A stretch of 63,522 nucleotides of DNA, filler included, from Basidiobolus meristosporus CBS 931.73 (taxonomy: Eukaryota > Fungi > Basidiobolomycota), in assembly GCA_002104905.1 (NCBI GenBank). It is 3 parts of 3 records of this genome, joined end to end, with 100 filler letters (N's around TTAATTAATTAA, not from the genome) between each part and the next. Parts side by side here need not be neighbours in the genome. Positions count along the whole stretch, not along the records: positions 1 to 17,811 come from MCFE01001081.1; 2 more parts are not named here. One strand, written 5' to 3'. The notes below the pieces were generated by a model. That model worked only from the letters and a program-made list of their open reading frames with translations, did no database searches and had not been told where the DNA came from. Of the stretch, positions 1 to 13,100 are shown piece by piece. A program made the translations under genes and the position numbers. Position 1 is the first letter of the stretch. Each line of letters opens with the position of its first letter.

Positions 1-207
1 ACTCCAGGCGAAGTGAAGCCCCACTGTAGTTACCGAGCCCCAGAGGAAGAGGTTGGTCAGAGGGCCGCCAAAGATCTGCCAGAACGTCAGCGGTTTGGGG
101 CGTAGGGCTTCGTTCTGGAGGCTCTCCGAACTTGGTGTCGAGTAGAGACGACGCAGCGCGCCGCCTGAGAGCCTCTGGGTCACTCCGCGTTGAATAATCG
201 TTAGCAT
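1..207 (-). CDS. 5' part of a putative mitochondrial membrane protein (runs off window start)
   Basis: Manual translation from ATG 207 gives 69 open codons: MLTIIQRGVTQRLSGGALRRLYST...FWQIFGGPLTNLFLWGSVTTVGLHFAWS. Arg-rich, acid-free presequence-like start with RRLYS, then a hydrophobic segment. Absent from the ORF track because no stop lies in the window. Confidence 0.55.
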   Translation of the reverse strand, partial: MLTIIQRGVTQRLSGGALRRLYSTPSSESLQNEALRPKPLTFWQIFGGPLTNLFLWGSVTTVGLHFAWS

Positions 208-385
208 GGTCAAATCCAAACTGGAGAATTCCAGGAGAGAATGGAATTTATCTAGAACTAAAATTTTTCCGCCCTTATCCGGATATTGAATGCAGAATGG
301 TTATGTACCGGATTCCCGGGATGGTTACTAATCATGGATTTATTTGTATGTGTACATCGATGGTTATCTATTCAGGGTGTGGCAT

Positions 386-1975
386 TTAGGCCATGTAGGT
401 GGAGCTGCTAACGTTTCCTCCCTTGCCGGTCCAGTTAGTGTGGATGTGAGTGCCTGGGGCTTCCAAGAGTTCGTAGGTGTGGGCGCCGAAGTAGTCACGT
501 TGTGCTTGCAACAAGTTGGCGGGGAGGTTGCTGGTTCTGTATCCATCGTAGAAAGCAAGGGCGGTGGAGATGGCTGGGGTGGGGATACCGAGCATGACAG
601 ATTGGGCAACCACAGTACGCCAGTCCTGTTGAGTGCGGGCAAGGGCCTTCTGGAAGAAGGGGTCAAAGAGAAGGGATTCCAAGTTGGGGTTGGTTTGGAA
701 GGCCTTTCTGATGTCACCAAGGAAGGCGGATCTGATGATACAACCGCCACGCCACATCAAGGCAATGCCACCATAGTTAAGCTCCCAATCGTTCTCCTTG
801 GCTGCCTCTCTCATGGCCATGAATCCTTGAGCATAAGAGATAATCTTAGAGGCATACAAGGCTTGTCCCAATTGCTTGATGAATAGCTTCTTGTCACCAG
901 TGAACTTGAGGTTCTTGGGTCCCTCCAGAATCTTGCTGGCTCTCACACGCTCATCCTTCAAAGCAGACAGGCAGCGAGAGAAGACGGCCTCAGCAATCAA
1001 GGTGACGGGAACACCGCTATCGAGAGCAGACACGACAGTCCACTTACCGGTACCCTTTTGACCAGCAGTATCGCGGATCTTGGCAACCAAAGCTTGGCCG
1101 TCGGTGTCCTTGTAGCGCACGATATCACGGGTGATTTCAACAAGGTACGAGTCCAGATCGCCCTTGTTCCATTCTTCGAAGATGTCTCCGATCTCATCGT
1201 GGGAAAGGTCAAGTCCATCTCTCAAGATTTGGTAAGCTTCGCAGATGAGTTGCATGTCACCATACTCGATACCGTTGTGAACCATCTTAACGTAGTGGCC
1301 AGCACCAGTGCCACCGACCCAGTCACAGCATGGCTCATCATCAACATGAGCAGACACTGCTTGGAAGATGGGCTTGACATGCTCCCATGCTTGGATGGAA
1401 CCACCAGGCATCATGGAAGGGCCGTATCTAGCACCTTCCTCACCACCGGAAACACCACTGCCGACGTAGTAAAGACCCTTGGCTTCGAGGGCCTTGGTTC
1501 TGCGGATAGTGTCGGGGTAGTGGGAGTTACCACCGTCGATAATGATGTCGCCCTCCTCAAGGAAAGGAACGATTTGCTCGATGAAGGCATCAACGGCGGC
1601 TCCAGCCTTCACCATCAACATGACCTTTCTGGGTCTCTTGAGCTTCTTGCACATCTCCTCGATGCTGTGGGCGCCCACGATTTTGGTGCCCTTGGCCTCG
1701 TTGGCCAAGAAATCGTCAACCTTGGAGACGGTTCTGTTATAGGCGCAGACGACGAAGCCGTTGTCGTTCATGTTGAGAATAAGGTTTTGTCCCTAAAAGT
1801 AACACAGATCGGTTGGTATCCGGGAATCATGAACTGTAGTGTACATCACAAATGCCACTTACCATCACGGCAAGACCGATGACGGCGATGTCAGCACTAG
1901 ATAAACAATGGGTACTTAGTCGTGGCTAGAAGACACTGGGAGAAAACCTCCTACTTACACTGGTTCGATAGACAT
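386..1975 (-). CDS. GND1: 6-phosphogluconate dehydrogenase, decarboxylating; exons 1975-1959, 1896-1863, 1792-386; 485 aa
   Basis: Two GTAAGT...TAG introns join MSIEPV-ADIAVIGLAVM-GQNLILNMND to the 461-aa ORF. Motifs IDGGNSHYPDT, GVSGGEEGARYGPS, KMVHNGIEYGDMQ, QKGTGKW, QAQRDYFGAH. Confidence 0.97.
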
Positions 1976-2032
1976 ATTGATGGAAGGTAAAAAGGGATTC
2001 AACTGATGCTGATCCCGAAACCCAGGAACCGC

Positions 2033-2039
2033 TTTTATA
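2033..2039 (-). promoter_or_regulatory. Candidate TATA box of GND1
   Basis: TATAAAA on the minus strand about 58 nt upstream of ATG 1975. Confidence 0.35.
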
Positions 2040-3115
2040 AGTTGATCCGAGGGAAGAGGTGATGACGTATGGGGATTGACGAATGGGGTAACAGGTGGTT
2101 GCTGCGAGTGGACCTTGAAAATGGGAATCCAACCTGGGCATTGGGAACAACTGACCAAACCAAATGAAGCGAATCATCACCCAAAACACGTATCGAAGCC
2201 ATTGGAATGGTTCCTTGATTACAAATGATCAGGAATGCTTTGTAATTCCCAGCCTTGCGGTTAACACCCGCTAATCTCCCGGCCGCTACGTCTCCTGTCT
2301 CACGTCCCTGTCCTGGCTTGATCGTTTTCGCGTGGTTCCCATATATAGCCAACACGCCAGCATGGATTTGGGCAATCGTTAGGGTCTTCGCTCCGATCCG
2401 AACCACACGGATATTTTTCCTTTATAGGGGCTGCGGATGGCCTTCCCAAACGTGTAGTAGCTAGTCATGTACGTGGCCATTCCTGCATAAAGCGATAAAG
2501 TGATTGACTAACCTCGTATACGCCTTATCGTGTTTACTAATGCTTTCCCACCACTACCATGAGATCGTGATCTAAGGTTTCTTGGACCTCCCTTCGGCTG
2601 GGAATGCTTTCATTGGTGGTGTTTTTACATACTATAGCTTATCAATACCTAGTTGGTCATCGGGAATGTTTAAGACAAAAGGAATCGAATAGATTTGTGA
2701 TCGAATGGTTTTCCAGAAATTGAGCGGTAGAGCCCATAAAGCCACCCATTGATATATGCCATGGTTTGTCATCAACGGATGTGCACAAAGCTTGGTGAAG
2801 CAGTATGAAGAACATAAGCTCGCTATGCAATTTACGGAGGTGCCTCACGGTTCCTAATCATCAAATATGCAGTGAATGATCCAAACAGTGCGACAAAGTG
2901 TAAGGGCTTCTGGGTTGGTATGTTAGTTCATTGAGTTGTATATCCAGCGTTGGCTTATTTCGTAAAACTGGGATGGTTTGATTATGGTGAAAACGACAGG
3001 TTGTTCAGAAGGCCAATGGAAAAAATCGCAACTAGTTTAGGGACTACAAGATATGGTGGTAATTTTGGAGATGTTGGAGCTGTTGTATAGGTAGCTTACA
3101 CCCAAACCACTCATT

Positions 3116-3540
3116 TGTTGTAAATTTTGTAATTACAACTAAATATCTACCTCACGTAGTCACTTAGATCATAGTCTACAAATCTTAGAGAACTCCATCT
3201 AGTTTCCTTGTTGGGATTTACTTGGACTATTTTCACCAAGACATCAGGTTCCTGGAACACAAAGTATCCCAAGTTGTCCAAACAGCCCCGCACCTTGCTC
3301 ACATGTTCTTGGGACCTTCCTAAACATATTCTATTTGCTTATTTTACCAAGACCATGTAAAAGTACAAATACTACTTTTACATCCAATAAATCACTGAGT
3401 GAAAACCACATTAGCTACTTGTTCTCCTATTCACTTCCTATATGTCAAAGACTCTTACAACAGGCTATGAACCCCAAGCTATCACTCTATAGAATGTCTA
3501 CTATTGCTATTACTGGAATTTTCCCCTCTGCTGAAAATTT
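3116..3540 (+). mobile_element. Copia family A LTR (3116-3462) + degenerate PBS + gag stub
   Basis: TGTTG...CAACA LTR homologous to other A LTRs, followed by GGCTATGAACCC and about 25 gag codons. Confidence 0.85.
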
Positions 3541-4017
3541 AGAGGGTCTTGGCATAGAAAACATATAGAATAGGCTTAGGAAAGTCCCAAGAGCATGTTT
3601 GCAAAGTTTTGGGCTGTTTGGGCAACTTTGAAAATTTTCATGTACTGGGTACCTGATATTTTGGTGAAAATATTCAAAGTAAATCTCAGCAAGTAATTGG
3701 TCAGTATTCAATAAGATTTATAGGTAATGATCAGAGTGACTAAGCTAGGTGACTACTTAGGTGGAACCACAAACTTTTTACAACACTCAGTACCTGATAC
3801 TTAGATGAAAATATTCTAAGTAAATCCAAACAAGGTATTTGTTCAGTATTCACTAAGACTTGTAGATAGGGATCTAAGTGACTAAGCTAGGTGAATATCT
3901 TGGTGTATTTACAAATTTTTGCAACACTCCTGTTCAACTAAATATTTATATTAAGTAATCCTGACTGTGATCCAAGTGTTATTTGTCTCTAGCTAGTGAT
4001 TAATGAATATGTCTGCA
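3541..4017 (-). mobile_element. Two partial Copia A LTRs plus old RNaseH-end/PPT relic (3927-4017)
   Basis: Reverse-complement similarity to the A LTR and to the A 3' internal end. Confidence 0.75.
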
Positions 4018-7000
4018 TGTTGTAAGAGTCTTGGAAATATTGGAAGTGATTGGGAGAACAAGTAGATTATGTGGTTTTCACTTAATGATTTATTGAATGT
4101 AAAAGTGGTATTTATACTTTTACCTGCTCTTGGCATTACAAACACGTAGAATAGGTTAAGGAAGGTCCCAAGAACATGTGTGCAAAGTTTGGGGCTGTTT
4201 GGACAACTTTGATAATTTTCATGTTCTTGGTACCTGGCATTTTGGTGAAAATATTCTAAGTAAATCCCAACAAGGAATTTGGTCAGTATTCTCTGGATTT
4301 GAAGGTGTTGATCTAAGTGGCTAAGTTAGGTGAATATTTAGGTGGAATTTCAAATTTTTACAACACTCCCACTCAGCTAAATGTTCATACTGACTAGTCC
4401 TAATTTTCACCTAAGATATTCAAACTTGTCTCTAGCTAATGGTTTGGTAAATATGTCTGCAATCATTTCATCTGTAGGACAGTAAACTAAGCTAACTAAG
4501 TTATTCTCTATAGCTTCACGTATGAAATGATTTCTAATATCTATGTGCTTAGTTCTAGCATGAAAAGTTGGATTTCTACCTAATTGTATACATCCTTGAT
4601 TATCTTGAAATAAAGTAATAGGCGTTTTTTGACATAGGCCTAAATCTGTAAACGGCTTTCTTAACCACATTGCTTCTTTTGTAGCTTCACAGGCTGCCAT
4701 ATACTCTGCCTCTGTGGTGGAAAGTGCTACGGTTGGTTGCTTTTTTGAATTCCATGAAATTGCTCCTTTACAGTAAAGAAAGGTGTATCCTGTGGTGGAT
4801 CTTCTGTCTTCTAAATTTCGTCCCCAATCAGCATCAGAGTATCCCACAAGATCCTGTTCTGAATCCTTATAAGTGTATTTTAAGCAGATATCAGCAGTTC
4901 CTTTTAGGTATCTAAAAATCTGCTTAACTGCTGCAATATGATCAGATCCATAATTCTGATTATGTTGGCTGACAACTCCCACTGAATATGAGATATCCGG
5001 ACGTGTTCCAAGCATAATATACATCAGACTGCCGACCATAGATTGATAAGGAAAGTCAGGGCTTTCAGATGGCACCAAGCTCTCTTGATTTGGTTGAGTT
5101 TTGACCAAGTTAAGGTTTGTCTCCATTGGGGTAGCTGCCGGTTTACAGTCTTCCATTTGTACTTCTTTAGTATATCTTGAATATACTTGGATTGGCTTAG
5201 GGTAATAGGCTGGGTACTTCTGTCTATGGAGAACTTAATCCCTAAGTAGTAACTAAGTTCTCCTAGATTGGACATCTTGAACTCCTTAGATAGGCTGGAT
5301 TTAGTCTCTTCCAATGTTTCTAGGTTATTGGTGGCTATAATAAGATCATCCACATATAGAGCTAATAGAACTGGATTTGCTCTATCTGGCTTATAGTACA
5401 TACTATAGTCAGCATTACTTTTTTTGAAGCTCAAAGATTCCAAATAAGAATCTATCTTGCAATTCCAGGCTCTTGGTGATTGTTTGAGACCATATAGTGA
5501 CTTTTTAAGCTTGCAGACCAAATGGGGGTTATCTTGGTCAGCAAACCCATCAGGCTGGCCCATATACACATCCTCATCAAGTTCTCCATTCAAAAATGCA
5601 GTTTTTACATCCATTTGATGAATAAAAAACTCATATTTGGCTGCAATAGCCAAAATTAATCTGATGGAATTACACTTGGCTACCAGTGCAAAGGTCTCAG
5701 TATAGTCAATTCCTTTTGTTTGAGAGTATTCTTTGGCTACAAGTGTTGCTTTGTATCTTTCAATTGTGTCATCAGCCTTGTATTTTGTCTTCAAGACCCA
5801 TCTGCATCCAATTGATTCTTGGTTGATTGGTAATTTGACTAAGTCCCAAGTTTGATTTTCCATCAGGGCCTGATATTCCTCAGTCATTGCAGATCTCCAA
5901 AACTTTGTCTGAGAGCTATTTAGGGCCTCTTTTACAGTCTGGGGCTCATCAATATGGACTCAATAGGCATAGGCTAAGTTTGTACCCTCATTGGTGTAGT
6001 AATTTGGGCTATTTCTTGTTCAATTGGATCTCCGGGCATTTGATACTGGAATGATCACTTCTGGGATATTCCTGGGCACTAATTCTGGCTGAACCACAGT
6101 TGTAGAGTCCTCTGGAGTGAAGAAATTTTCATTGTTTAGCTGATTCAGTCCTGACAATTGGTGGACTTGAGATCAAATTTTTGTCATCATCTGATGTCAT
6201 TTTTTGTGAAAATTTTGAATTTTCATGAGACAACACATCCCTGGACTTGATCTGTAGTAAAAATTTGTATTTCCACCTAAATATTCACCTAACTTAGTCA
6301 CTTAGATCATCATCTTCAAATCCTAGAGAATACTGACCAAATTCCTTGTTGGGATTTACTTAGAATATTTTCACCAAAATACCAGGTACCCAGAACATGA
6401 ACATTATCAAAGTTGTCCAAACAGCCCCAAACTTTGCACACATGTTCTTGGGACCTTCCTTAACCTATTCTATGTGTTTGTATTGCCAAGACCAGGTAAA
6501 AGTATAAATACCACTTTTACATTCAATAAATCATTAAGTGAAAACCACATAATCTACTTGTTCTCCCAATCACTTCCAATATCTCCAAGACTCTTACAAC
6601 ATGATCAGCTTCTTTGCTTTGGTATTGTAGAGTCTGTATGCCTTACTCTCATTGCAGTAGCCCAAAAATATGCATTTACACTTTTTGGCTAAAGTTTTGA
6701 CTGATTTCCGGCCAGTTATTTGGCATATGCTGTACACCCAAATATTCTTAGATGTTCTGCACTTGGTCTGTATCCATACCATGCTTCAAACAGAGTAGAA
6801 TCACAAAGTATTCTGTTACAACTCCTATTTTTAAGGTATACAGCAGTGGCAACTGATTCCACCCAAAAATCATAGGATAATTTTTGATTATGGATCATAG
6901 ATTTTGCCATATCAATTATTGATCTGTTAGCACGTTCTGCTACTCCATTTTTCTGTGGGGAGTATGGTACAGAAGTCTCTTGCTTTATCCCATGAGTTTT

Positions 7001-9051
7001 GCAGAAGTGGATGAAGAGTTTTGAGGTATATTCTCCACCATTGTCAGAGTGTATTTTCTTGATTTTTTCACCAGTTTCACTCTCCACCATGGCTTTAAAC
7101 TCCCTGAACTTAGACAGAGCTCCTTCCTTTCTCTCCATGAAGTAGACCCAGGTGCATCTTGTATAATCATCAATAAAGGTGATCAAATACTTCATCCCGC
7201 ATAAGGTTAAATTTTGCATAGGTCCACACAGATCTGAGTGAATTAGATCTAATTTTTTCTTAGTTTTGGTTAACCCAGAGCTCTTGAACAGTTGTCTGGC
7301 TTGTTTCCCATATATGCAGGCTTCACAGTGCTCCAAATTAGCTGGAGGATCAATTTTCACTCCAGAAATTAGCTGATCTTTGATCATTTTGCGCAAATAA
7401 TCAAAATTGATGTGCCCAAATCTCCTGTGCCAAAGCATTGGTGTTTCTTCATTTAAGTTACTTATAGTGGCTTCCAAATATGATGGAATATAAGTCAACT
7501 TGTAAAGGTTCTGACCTCTGATACCCAAAGCAATATGGGCACCATTTGGATCAGTGATCTTGCATCCAGAATTGTCAAAACTGAAACTGAGTCCTTCTGC
7601 TGTGGTCTTGCTTACAGAGAGTAGGTTCTTGGCTATTTCTGGTACATAGAGTACTTCTTTAAAGGTCAGTGTATGGCTTCCTTCACTGCTTCTAAGGTTT
7701 ACTTGGATAGTTCCTTCTCCCACTGCATCAAGTGTTCTATTGTCACCCATGAAAACCTTCTTAATTGGAATTTCTTGAAATTGGGTAAAAAGTTCTTTTT
7801 GGTGTGTAAAGTGTTGAGAAGCTCCAGAGTCAATATACCACGTCTGAGAATCCTTGTTAGTGGTCATATTTAGTGCAAATATGAATAGTCTATCTTCAGT
7901 TGTTGCAGCATTTCCATATTCAGGCTTCTTTTGCTGATAATCTCTCTTTTTGAAACACCGGTCTGATGTGTGTCCTTTCCTTTTGCAGTAGTTGCAAAAT
8001 AGGTTGCTGTTGCCTTTGTAGGGTCTTGGGTACCTCCTTTGTTGGTTATCATTGCTTATTAAAGCATTTTCTTCTTCCTTCTTATTGGCGCTTGATTTTC
8101 TTAATTCTTCATCCTGGAGCCTTCCATATACATAATTTAAGGTCAAATCTTCAGTTCTGGACTCCAGGGCTGATACAAGGCCCTGAAACCTGTCTGTCAG
8201 GCTATTCAGGATGGTAACTGTCACATCCTCATCAGTAGTTGGTATGCCCACAGATTCCATCTCATCTACCAGCAGGGTAATTTTGTTAATTAGATTTTTC
8301 ATTTCTTCTCCTGGCAGCATCTTTGTAGTAAAGAATTTTTGTCTCAGATACATTTTCTTGGCAGCTGAACATTACTGGTAGGTGTCTTCCAATGCTTCCA
8401 GGCATTCTTTGCTGTTTTTGCTCTTGAGCATTGAATTAGCAATTTGTCTTTAACATTAAGGCAAATGCAGTTAAAGGCACTTTGTCTTTCTTCTGGTACT
8501 TTAAGGCTTCCTCTCCCATGTTTTTAGGAGGGCATTCTTCTCCCATGACAATATCCCAAAGGCCTCTTTCTTGTAGCAGCATCTTCATCTTCACCTTCCA
8601 CACTTGGTAGTTAGATCCATCCAACTTTTCAGCAGAGGGAAAAATTACAGTAATAGCAGTAGTAGGACATTGCAGAGAGTGACAGCTTGGGGCTCATAAC
8701 CTGTTGTAAGAGTCTTGGAGATATTGGAAGTGATTTGGAAAACAAGTAGATTATGTGGTTTTCACTTAATGATTTATTGAATGTAAAAGTAGTATCTATA
8801 CTTTTACATGGTCTTGGCATTATAAATATGTAGAATAGGATTAAGGAAGGTCCCAAGAACATATGTGCAAAGTCTGGGGCTGTTTGGACAACTTTGAGAA
8901 TTTTCATGTTCTGGGTACCTGGTATTTTGGTGAAAATATATTAAGTAAATCCCAACAAGGAATTTGGTCAGTATACTCAAGGATTTGAGGGTAATGATCT
9001 AAGTGACTAAGTTAGGTGAATATTTAGGTAGAATTACAAATTTTTACAACA
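4018..9051 (-). mobile_element. Copia A element A1, full span but defective (3' LTR 4018-4365, 5' LTR 8702-9051)
   Basis: PBS GGTTATGAGCCCC next to the 5' LTR; PPT GAGTGGGAG next to the 3' LTR; order gag(CCHC)-PR(DSGA)-IN(DLCGP, SDNGGEY, NGVAER)-RT(YVDDL)-RNaseH. Frameshifts/stops in gag and RT; no matching TSD. Confidence 0.95.
6253..6601 (+). mobile_element. Solo Copia A LTR inserted antisense into A1
   Basis: 349 bp with perfect 5-bp TSD TGATC (6248-6252, 6602-6606). The empty site CTTGATCAGC is seen in A3 near 19190. Confidence 0.95.
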
Positions 9052-9775
9052 TAATCAATGTGTCTGCATTCATTTACTCTGTGGGACAGTAAAATAAGCT
9101 GGCCAAGCTATTCTCTCTAGCTTCACATTTAAATGATTCCTAATATGTATGTGCTTGGTTCTAGCATTAAGAGTTAGATATTTACCTAAGTGTACATATC
9201 CTTGATTATCTATAAATGAGGCTGTAGATGCGTTTTGACATAATTATGGGTCTCTGAAAAGCTTTCTTAACCACATTGCTTCTCTTGTAGCTTTGCAGGC
9301 TGTCATATACTCTGCCTCTGTGGTGGAAAGTTATCTAGTAGACTGCTCTCTTAAATGCCATGAAAATGCTCCTTTACAGTAACAAAAGGTGTATCCTTTA
9401 GTGGATAATTTGTCTCCTAAGTTTTGTCTCCTAAGTCTTGTCCCCAATCATCTTGAGAGTATCCCACAAGATCCTGCTCAGAATCCTTATAGGTGTTCCT
9501 CAAGCAGATTTCAGCAGTTCCTTTCAAATATCTAAAAGCTAGCATAACTGCTGCAATATTATCAGAGCTACAGTTTGGATTATGCTGATTGGGAGCTCAC
9601 ACTGAATAAGAGATACCTGGACATGCTCCAAGAATGTTATGAATCTGACTGTCAGCCATAGATTGGTAAGGGAGTTCTGGGCTATAAGATGGAACCACAC
9701 TCTCTTGATAAGCTTAGATTTTGACCAAGCCATGGTTAATCTCCATGGGATAGCTGCCAGTTTACAGTCTTCCAT
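9052..9775 (-). mobile_element. Older degenerate Copia A-lineage RT/RNaseH relic
   Basis: Diverged similarity to A pol 3' end, with stops and frameshifts. Confidence 0.8.
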
Positions 9776-10124
9776 TGTTGTAAAATTTGTAATTTCCACC
9801 TAAATATTCACCTAACTTAGTCACTTAGATCATTACCCTCAAATCCTAGAGAATACTGACCAAATTCCTTGTTGGGATTTACTTAGAATATTTTCACCAA
9901 AATGCCAGGTACCCAGAACATGAAAATTCTCAAAGTTGTCCAAACAGCCCCAAACTTTGCACACATGTTCTTGGGACCTTCCTTAACCTATTCTATGTGT
10001 TTGTAATGCCAAGACCAGGTAAAAGTATAAATACTACTTTTACATTCAATAAATCATTAAGTGAAAACCACATAATCTACTTGTTCTCCCAATCACTTCC
10101 AGTATCTCCAAGACTCTTACAACA

Positions 10125-10137
10125 GGTTATGAGCCCC
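10125..10137 (+). promoter_or_regulatory. Primer-binding site complementary to the tRNAiMet anticodon stem-loop (half-tRNA priming)
   Basis: GGTTATGAGCCCC immediately after the LTR, the same type as Ty5 and Drosophila copia. Also in A1, A3, A4, B and C. Confidence 0.88.
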
Positions 10138-13100
10138 AAGCTGTCACTCTCTGCATTGTCTACTACTGCTATTACTGGAGTTTTTCCCTCTGCTGAAAAG
10201 TTGGATGGATCTAACTACCAAGTGTGGAAGGTGAAGATGAAGATGCTGCTACAAGAAAGAGGCCTTTGGGATATTGTCATGGGAGAAGAATGCACTCCTA
10301 AAAACGTGGGAGAGGGAGCCTTGAAGTACCAGAAGAAAGAACAAAGTGCCTTTAACTGCATTTGCCTTAATGTCAAGGACAAATTGCTAATTCAATGCTC
10401 AAGAGCAAAAACGGCAAAAAATTCCTGGAAAGCATTGGAAGACACCTACCAGTCATGTTCAGCTGCCAAGAAAATGTATCTGAGAAGAAAATTCTTTACT
10501 ACAAAGATGCTGCCAGGAGAAGAAATGGAAAATCTAATTAACAGAATTACCCTGCTGGTAGATGAGATGGAATCTGTGGGCGTACCAACTACTGATGAGG
10601 ATGTGATAGTTACCATCCTGAATAGCCTGACAGACGAGTTTCAGGGCCTTGTATCAGCCCTTGAGTCCAGAACTGAAGATTTGACCTTAAATTATGTATA
10701 TGGAAGGCTCCAGGATGAAGAATTAAGAAAATCAAGCGCCAATAAGAAGGAAGAAGAAAATGCTTTAATAAGCAATGATAACCAACAAAGGAGGTACCCA
10801 AGACCCTACAAAGGCAACAGCAACCTATTTTGCAACTACTGCAAAAGGAAAGGACACACATCAGACCGGTGTTTCACAAAGAGAGATTATCAGCAAAAGA
10901 AGCCTGAATATGGAAATGCTGCAACAACTGAAGATAGACTATTCATATTTGCACTAAATATGACCACTAACAAGGATTCTCAGACGTGGTATATTGACTC
11001 TGGAGCTTCTCAACACTTTACACACCAAAAAGAACTTTTTACCCAATTTCAAGAAATTCCAATTAAGAAGGTTTTCATGGGTGACGATAGAACACTTGAT
11101 GCAGTGGGAGAAGGAACTATCCAAGTAAACCTTAGAAGCAGTGAAGGAAGCCATACACTGACCTTTAAAGAAGTACTCTATGTACCAGAAATAGCCAAGA
11201 ACCTACTCTCTGTAAGCAAGGCCACAGCAGAAGGACTCAGTTTCAGTTTTGACAATTCTGGATGCAGGATCACTGATCCAAATGGTGCTCATATTGCTTT
11301 GGGCATCAGAGATCAGAATCTATACAAGTTGACTTATATTCCATCATATCTGGAAGCCACTATAAGTAACTTAAATGAAGAAACACCAATGCTTTCGCAC
11401 AGGAGATTTGGACACATCAATTTTGATTATTTGCATAAAATGATCAAAGATCAGCTAATTTCTGGAGTGAAAATTGATCCCCCAGCTATTTTGGAGCACT
11501 GTGAAGCCTGCATATATGGGAAACAAGCCAGACAACTGTTCAAGAGCTCTGGGTTAATCAATACTAAGAAAAAATTAGATCTAATTCACTCAGATCTGTG
11601 TGGACCTATGCAAAATTTATCCTTAGGCGGGATGAAGTATTTAATCACTTTTATTGATGATTATACAAGATACACATGGGTCTACTTCATGGAGAGAAAG
11701 GAAGAAGCTCTGTCTAAGTTCAGGGAGTTTAAAGCCATGGTGGAGAGAGAAACTGGTGAAAAAATCAAGAAAATACGCTCTGACAATGGTGGAGAATATA
11801 CCTCAAAACTCCTCATCCACTTCTGCAAAATTCATGGGATAAAGCAAGAGACTACTGTACCATACTCCCCACAGCAAAATGGAGTAGCAGAACGAGCTAA
11901 CAGATCAATAATTGATATGGCAAGATCTATGATCCATAATCAAAAATTATCCTATGATTTTTGGGCGGAATCAGTTGCCACTGCTGTATATCCTGAAAAT
12001 AGGAGTTATAACAGAATACTTTGTGATTCTACTCTGTTTGAAGCATGGTATGGATACAGACCAAGTGCAGAACATCTAAGAATATTTGGGTGTACAGCAT
12101 ATGCCAAAAAACTGCCCAGAAATCAGTCAAAACTTGAGCCAGGAAGTGTAAAATGCATATTTTTGGGCTACTGCAATGAGAGTAAGGCATACAGACTCTA
12201 CAATACCAAAGCAAAGAAGCTGATCAAGTCCAGGGATGTGTTGTCCGATCAAAATTCAAAATTTTCACAAATAATGACATCAGATGATGACAAAAATCTG
12301 ATCTCAAGTCCACCAATTGTCAGGATTGAATCAGAGCAAAACAATGAAGATTTTTTCACTCCAGAGGACTCTACAACTGTGGTTCAGCCAGAATTGGTGC
12401 CCAGGAATATCCCAGAAGTGATCATTCCAGTATCAAATGCCTGGAGATCCAATCGGACAAGAAATAGCCCAAATTACTACACCAATGAGGGTACAAACTT
12501 AGCCTATGCCTATTCAGTCCATATTGATGAGCCCCAGACTGTAAAAGAGGCGCTAAATAGCCCTCAGACAAAGTTTTGGAGATCTGCAATGACTGAGGAA
12601 TATCGGGCCCTGATGGAAAATCAAACTTGGGACTTAGTCAAATTACCAATCAACCAAAAATCAATTGGATGCAGATGGGTCTTCAAGACAAAATACAAGG
12701 CTGATGGTACAATTGAAAGATACAAAGCAAGACTTGTAGCCAAAGGATATTCTCAAACAAAAGGACTTGACTATACTGAGACCTTTGCACCGGTAGCCAA
12801 GTTTAATTCCACCAGATTAATTTTGGCTATTGAAGCCAAATATAAGTTTTTTATTCATCAAATGGATGTAAAAACTGCATTTTTGAATGAAGAACTTGAT
12901 GAGGACATGTATATGAACCAGCCTGATGGGCTTATTGACCAAGATAACCCCCATTTGGTCTGCAAGCTAAAAAGTCACTATATGGTCTCAAACAATCACC
13001 AAGAGCCTGGAATTGCAAGATAGATTTTTATTTGGAATCCTTGAGTTTCAAAAGAAGTAATGCTGACTATAGTATATACTATAAGCCAGATAGAGCAAAT

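Noticed and set aside
344-1882. Long plus-strand ORFs (344-886, 1058-1882) opposite GND1
   Set aside because: Antisense shadows of a codon-biased gene; one runs through GND1 introns and has no motifs.
2035-2406. 123-aa minus-strand ORF upstream of GND1
   Set aside because: GTG start, no recognisable motifs, overlaps the likely GND1 promoter.
9997-10128. Open frame through the LTR 3' end in frame with gag (MPRPGKSINTT...), seen in many copies
   Set aside because: Its ATG lies upstream of the probable TATA (AGTATAAATA), so it would not be in the transcript; copies share ancestry and are not independent evidence.
12960-12980. Programmed frameshift between gag-pol segments
   Set aside because: Break points differ between copies (A1 about 5156, A2 about 12968, A3 about 20585), which indicates random indels.
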